Below the pieces are notes generated by a model that worked only from the letters and a program-made list of their open reading frames with translations, did not search any database and had not been told where the DNA came from. A DNA stretch of 64,000 nucleotides from Pseudomonadales bacterium (GTDB taxonomy: Bacteria; Pseudomonadota; Gammaproteobacteria; Pseudomonadales; Azotimanducaceae): contig CBDATJ010000002.1 of assembly GCA_965199895.1 (NCBI GenBank), forward strand, positions 77,899 to 141,898. The letters run 5' to 3'. The position numbers were made by a program, and so were the translations under genes. Within the stretch, counting starts at the first letter, position 1. Every line of letters starts with the position of its first letter. Shown here piece after piece: positions 59,638 to 64,000 of the stretch.

Positions 59638-61902
59638 TTAGTCGGGACTCCACTCCCGCATACTAGACAGCCACTCTTCGTTGTTAGGGTCAATTTCAAG
59701 AGCTCTCTCAAGGTAATCGAGAGCAACGGTTAGCTCTCCAACATCCTTCAACTGCTCAGCTACTTGGACAAGCCTAGTAGCACACTTCATCAGTAATGTG
59801 TTGACCTCGGTATTCTGTTCGTCGAGTTGTTGAGCCGTCGCTAAGACTTCAAGAGCATTCATTCCAGCTGGTTTTGTAATCCGTCCTAAATCAAAGAGCG
59901 CTTTAGCCTGCTGGTACAACCGATTAGCTTCATCAATTCGACCCTGTAGTTCTTGGCGATTCTTCAGCATTGTGTCAGTTGCTTGTCGTCCCAGGGGTGC
60001 TTCAATCGCAGCTGCAAACAATCGGTCAGCATCTGCAAATTGCCGTGTTTCAAGTGCTTCAGTGTGATTGCGGATCACTAGCGGTTCCAAATTAGCGATG
60101 TGCTGTCTAGCAGTTTCGTTTTCTGGATCGTCTTGGAGCACTTCTTGAAATGCCTTCCAAGCACTTGATTCACCCTCTAATCCAATCAATCGACCTTGAT
60201 CCAGGAGTTCTTTCCCACGCTGCAGAGTGAAGTCTATCCTGTTAATCAGTTGCCCCGCTTGCGCTACCTGTTCACTAGCTGCAGATAGTTCTTCAGCATT
60301 GGGGCTAGTTTTCAGTGCAAGTTCGTAGTAGCGAAGCTGTAATGGGCGACTGTCTTCGTCTTCCGTGACTCGAATCTTCAACACTTTTTCTTCGGAAATT
60401 TCAAAGATGCGGTTTAACCTCATCCGAACGTCAACGTTCTCAGGCCAGAGACTTTGAACCAACAAATAAGCATCCGTTGCTGCCTCTAGTCTTGTAGCTT
60501 CCTCATTAAGGTCAGTCTCGGTTTCGGGTCTTTGCAATTTTGCTTGAATGGTGTCCCAAAGCTGTTCGGTGTCGTTGTAAATCCGCTCTGCACGTCCTCG
60601 TTGATCGAGTTTCATCCCTAACTCGATCACGGACTCATCATTGGGATAAACCTCGTCGAGTTCATTCAGTTTGCGCTTAGCGATTGGCAGCTTGTTCTCT
60701 TGGATTGCAGTGCTGACTTCACTCATCCACAGATTCTTGACTTCATCGATAGCACCTATCGCGCCAACGTGTCCAGGATCTACATCTAAGACTTGGTTAT
60801 AGGCACCCCGAATGGCACTTAAAGTCTGGTTGGGATCAGATCGAATCGACTCTGCTGTCTGCCACAATTCAGTTAATTCAGGATGCTCCCCCAATCCCAG
60901 TTCATGAAAAAATACTTGTACAGGTTGAAACTGAAAGTAACTAAACATTAGAGCCATGACACTGAATGTGGTGAATCCAGTCACCATGGCATAGATTTGG
61001 CGCGTTGTTAGCCCTTGGGATGTATCTTCAGCACTCGCGGATGGAACTTCTAATTCTGGAATCACTTCCTGGACTTCGTCTATTTCGATCACTCCGGAGC
61101 GAAGGAGTTTTTCGTGTTTTTGAGTTCCACGTTCTGCAAACTGTTCTAGAACCTGTGAGAGATGTTGCTGCTCTACCAATCGATCTAGTGGAGACCAAGC
61201 AAGTATTGTTGTCAGAAAATCCTGCATAGGTGCAAACTCTTCAGGTAATCGACGCACTGTATCTTCCGGTGTGGGCAGCCGAGGGTAACCTTCTTCATCG
61301 GTCCACAGGAAAGAACCGGTGAGCGTCCGATAAATCAAGCTTCCTAGCGCATAAAGGTCTGATTCAAAACTAGCAGATCTTTGTCCGAAGATTTCAGGAG
61401 CAATAAGCTCTACGTGTTCAACATGAACCGACTCAATCTGATCATCCGGGAACAACGTAGGAACATCTAGCACAAAACAATCAGTGCTGGGATCAAAGTA
61501 AATGTTTGCAGGGAATACTTGCCCATGCCCAGTACCCAACTCTCGATATTCCAATAGTGCCAAAAACAAGTCGTTACATAATTGACTTAACTGTCGGACA
61601 GGTAACCCATTCGTCAATAGTGCTTGTAAGTTATCGCATTCGAGATTTTCAGAAATTACCGTGATCGATTCTTTTGTATGCTCTACGTGATAGACTGCAG
61701 CGACGTTGCTTTTTTGGTCGGACAGAATGAGCGACTGCATCGTCTGTACGTATATATCTGCGTCGGTTGATGTTGCAATCGCAGAAGTGTCCACTGACCG
61801 AATAAGGACTTCACGCTCTCGTGCAGTATCAAACCCTCTCAACTCTCGAAAGCCGGGTGTCTCGTAGACTACCTCGAAGTCTTCAAATTGTTCGGGATTC
61901 AC
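59638..61902 (-). CDS. membrane-anchored Hanks-type pseudokinase with large extracytoplasmic TPR-like region
   Basis: 754 aa. It has a kinase-fold N-domain with APE (IAPEIF) and DLYALGSLIYRTLTG. The catalytic loop reads HGQVFPAN instead of HRD.KP.N. VAIK reads VLIR. DFG reads DVP. One TM helix follows (IYAMVTGFTTFSVMALMFSYF), then about 430 aa of helical repeats. Confidence 0.7.
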   Translation of the reverse strand: MNPEQFEDFEVVYETPGFRELRGFDTAREREVLIRSVDTSAIATSTDADIYVQTMQSLILSDQKSNVAAVYHVEHTKESITVISENLECDNLQALLTNGLPVRQLSQLCNDLFLALLEYRELGTGHGQVFPANIYFDPSTDCFVLDVPTLFPDDQIESVHVEHVELIAPEIFGQRSASFESDLYALGSLIYRTLTGSFLWTDEEGYPRLPTPEDTVRRLPEEFAPMQDFLTTILAWSPLDRLVEQQHLSQVLEQFAERGTQKHEKLLRSGVIEIDEVQEVIPELEVPSASAEDTSQGLTTRQIYAMVTGFTTFSVMALMFSYFQFQPVQVFFHELGLGEHPELTELWQTAESIRSDPNQTLSAIRGAYNQVLDVDPGHVGAIGAIDEVKNLWMSEVSTAIQENKLPIAKRKLNELDEVYPNDESVIELGMKLDQRGRAERIYNDTEQLWDTIQAKLQRPETETDLNEEATRLEAATDAYLLVQSLWPENVDVRMRLNRIFEISEEKVLKIRVTEDEDSRPLQLRYYELALKTSPNAEELSAASEQVAQAGQLINRIDFTLQRGKELLDQGRLIGLEGESSAWKAFQEVLQDDPENETARQHIANLEPLVIRNHTEALETRQFADADRLFAAAIEAPLGRQATDTMLKNRQELQGRIDEANRLYQQAKALFDLGRITKPAGMNALEVLATAQQLDEQNTEVNTLLMKCATRLVQVAEQLKDVGELTVALDYLERALEIDPNNEEWLSSMREWSPD

Positions 61903-61907
61903 TTTAA

Positions 61908-62786
61908 TTAGTTGTTTGTTTCTGGAAGGTTTAATTCAATGACGACACCTTCGGTGAATCGACCCAAAACAAACACTCCAAAACTGATATAGGCTGACCC
62001 ATCTAGTGCAACGGCGCGACCCTCTCCGTGCGCCATTTCGTCGATGCAATCATCGCTTTGAAACATCCAGGAACGATCTAGCAATTCAAGCTGACAGTTT
62101 TCGACTTCTTTGATCACTTCGTTAATGACTAATTCACCGTTATCAAAAGTCTGAAACCGAAGTTCGTTTCCGGAAACTAAAACACCATCTCCATGCCTTT
62201 GATTTGCGGCAAAGAATCCTCTATATATATGTCCCTCAGCGGTTTCTTCCTGACCAAACCCACTGCGATCTCCTTTCCAGAACCCACCTTCATAGCTGTA
62301 TCCGTCTTCGTGCTCCAACCGCCCTATTCCGTGGAACTTACTATCTAGAAACTGACCAGAGTAGCTCATGTTGTTGGAATGGGACACCCAGGTTCCTTGA
62401 CCGGTTTGTCGTCCATTAACAAAAGTGCCCGTATAGGTGTCCCCATCGGGCTCGGTGAGCAATCCATAGCCTTGCCAGCCTCCATTGACAAACGATCCTT
62501 CGTAAGTAGAACCATCTTCCATGGTTTGGCGACCGATCCCTTGAATTTCACCCTCACGAAACGAACCCTCGTAGGTTCTACCATCCGACCAAATATAGGT
62601 ACCAAACCCATGAGGTACATCATTGAGGGTATCACCTACATACCGATTTCCATCTGCATCTTCCAACTCTTGGTACTCAGCGTTAGTGGGAATCGCTATT
62701 AGTGCAATAGCGACACTGACCACACAAACTATTTTGAACCACTGCCATCTTTCACGTAGTCGCTGGTGTGATTGTTTCATATGCAT
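61908..62786 (-). CDS. MORN-repeat protein with N-terminal signal/anchor
   Basis: Has a hydrophobic N-terminus (FKIVCVVSVAIALIAIP). About seven Y.G....G...G.G repeats follow (YVGDTLNDVPHGFG, YEGSFREGEIQGIG, YEGSFVNGGWQGYG, YTGTFVNGRQTGQG and others). It ends 5 nt before the pseudokinase start. Confidence 0.7.
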   Translation of the reverse strand: MHMKQSHQRLRERWQWFKIVCVVSVAIALIAIPTNAEYQELEDADGNRYVGDTLNDVPHGFGTYIWSDGRTYEGSFREGEIQGIGRQTMEDGSTYEGSFVNGGWQGYGLLTEPDGDTYTGTFVNGRQTGQGTWVSHSNNMSYSGQFLDSKFHGIGRLEHEDGYSYEGGFWKGDRSGFGQEETAEGHIYRGFFAANQRHGDGVLVSGNELRFQTFDNGELVINEVIKEVENCQLELLDRSWMFQSDDCIDEMAHGEGRAVALDGSAYISFGVFVLGRFTEGVVIELNLPETNN

Positions 62787-62828
62787 CTGCTCCCGTTCGT
62801 TAAACTAAGTGCTGGCTGATCCGAAAAA

Positions 62829-63650
62829 TTGTCCATGCCCAGTTACCAACTGTTTGCCATTTGTTTGATCGCCGGGGCTGCCTCGGGGTTTCTGGGCGGT
62901 ATGCTTGGTGTAGGTGGTGGCGTAATCATCGCTCCAACACTACTCATGATGTTCGAGTGGATGGGATTATTCAATGATCCATCTTTACCCAACAATGCTC
63001 TCATACTCTTTGCTGTTGGTACATCAATGAGTTCCATTATCTTTACTACGGGAGCATCAGCTGTTATTCAAACCATTCGAGACAACGTTGACTGGCAATT
63101 GGTCGGTATCTGGGTGCCCTTCCTCACCATTGGAGCGTTTTCATCGAGTTTTGTTGCAGAACGAGTCTCGATCGGTGGTTTAAAAATTTTGATCGCTATT
63201 GTTCTACTGATTGTGTCTATTGTGATGCTATTGAAAGTATTTCCAACCGCAAAGACTGAAAAACGAAGTCGAATCATCCCTGGAACCATTTCCTCGAGCG
63301 CGGGACTCTTAAGTGGAATGGCTGGCTTGGGCGGTGGGAATATTTTGGTGCCTGCGATGCTCTATTTCAACACACCTCCACGCAAAGCGGCAGCAGTCGC
63401 TAGTGTAGGTGGTTTGTGTGTAGCGGTCTTTGGAGCTGCTGGATACGTGGTAACTGGTTTATCGTTGGACTACCCGTGGAGTTTTGGCTATGTTTATCTC
63501 CCCTCGCTGATCCCTATTGCAATCATGAACATTCTCTTTGCTCCTTTAGGAGTAGCTGTGGGTCAGAGAATCTCTTCAGATCTCTTTAAACGAATCTTTG
63601 GTTGCATCATGATGGCGGTATCCATCCGTATGTTTGTTAGTGTTTTTTGA
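62829..63650 (+). CDS. TauE/SafE (DUF81) family anion exporter membrane protein
   Basis: 273-aa polytopic protein with two GxxGGxxGxGGG-like motifs (GFLGGMLGVGGG and GLLSGMAGLGGG). Confidence 0.75.
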   Translation: MSMPSYQLFAICLIAGAASGFLGGMLGVGGGVIIAPTLLMMFEWMGLFNDPSLPNNALILFAVGTSMSSIIFTTGASAVIQTIRDNVDWQLVGIWVPFLTIGAFSSSFVAERVSIGGLKILIAIVLLIVSIVMLLKVFPTAKTEKRSRIIPGTISSSAGLLSGMAGLGGGNILVPAMLYFNTPPRKAAAVASVGGLCVAVFGAAGYVVTGLSLDYPWSFGYVYLPSLIPIAIMNILFAPLGVAVGQRISSDLFKRIFGCIMMAVSIRMFVSVF

Positions 63651-63659
63651 ACTTAAAAA

Positions 63660-64000
63660 TTACGGAGTCTGCCAGACTTGAATCGATTCCACTCCGTCAT
63701 TAGTCAGTACATCGCTCACTAACACTATCTTCTCACCACTTTCCACTCCTTCGCTCTTGGACAAAATCGAAAGAGCATTAGAAACAGTGAGTTTTGGATC
63801 TTCGTGGAGCGATGTGTGGTAGGAAAACACCCCACGATTCACCATCAGTCTCTGTCGAGTTTCTGGGCGATTAGAAAACGCAAATATAGGAAAGTCTAGT
63901 GGACCACAATTGGTGACTAAGTCAGCCATGTAACCCGTTCGTGTGATCACTAATACCCCCACTGCTTTAATTCTTGATGCGAGTCTGACCGCTGAACGAG
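63660..64000 (-). CDS. pyk: pyruvate kinase, C-terminal domain only (gene continues past the window end)
   Basis: The frame is open to the window edge. It reads SAVRLASRIKAVGVLVITRTGYMA.LV......PIFAFS......R.L...RGV, typical of the pyruvate kinase C-terminal alpha/beta domain. Confidence 0.75.
   Translation of the reverse strand, partial: RSAVRLASRIKAVGVLVITRTGYMADLVTNCGPLDFPIFAFSNRPETRQRLMVNRGVFSYHTSLHEDPKLTVSNALSILSKSEGVESGEKIVLVSDVLTNDGVESIQVWQTP

Overview
The window reads as a chromosomal segment of a Gammaproteobacterium. It is moderately AT-rich by eye, tightly packed, and has many 1-, 4- and 8-nt start/stop overlaps. Most of it is housekeeping. One run is tRNA-Pro/Arg/His, tig, clpP, clpX, hupB, ppiD, rnhA, dnaQ, with no lon. 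A long minus-strand block is leuC, leuD, leuB, asd, truA, folC, dedD, cvpA, purF. Also present are folD-lpxH, metH, nfuA, nhaB, sohB, class I fumarase, mpg and a partial pyruvate kinase. Accessory-looking parts are: (1) a secreted TldD/PmbA-type module with three tandem genes; (2) a HlyD + ABC ATPase + two FtsX permeases efflux operon; (3) a LIV-type ABC importer fused in an operon with an acyl-CoA ligase and a beta-lactamase-fold hydrolase, opposite a beta-barrel porin; (4) a peptidase-C15-like protein whose nucleophile position is Ser rather than Cys; (5) a membrane pseudokinase with TPR repeats plus a MORN-repeat protein. I found no CRISPR array, integrase, transposase, rRNA or recognisable defence system. 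The signals beyond plain annotation are all signs of gene decay or replacement. Four +/-1 homopolymer frameshifts are confined to the first 11 kb, and two of them compensate each other inside the ABC ATPase. An internally deleted ghost copy of nhaB sits directly upstream of the intact nhaB. A roughly 1.1 kb stop-riddled stretch with an M23-peptidase-like remnant lies next to an orphan nuclease-fold gene. All family assignments come from reading motifs by eye; no database search was possible.
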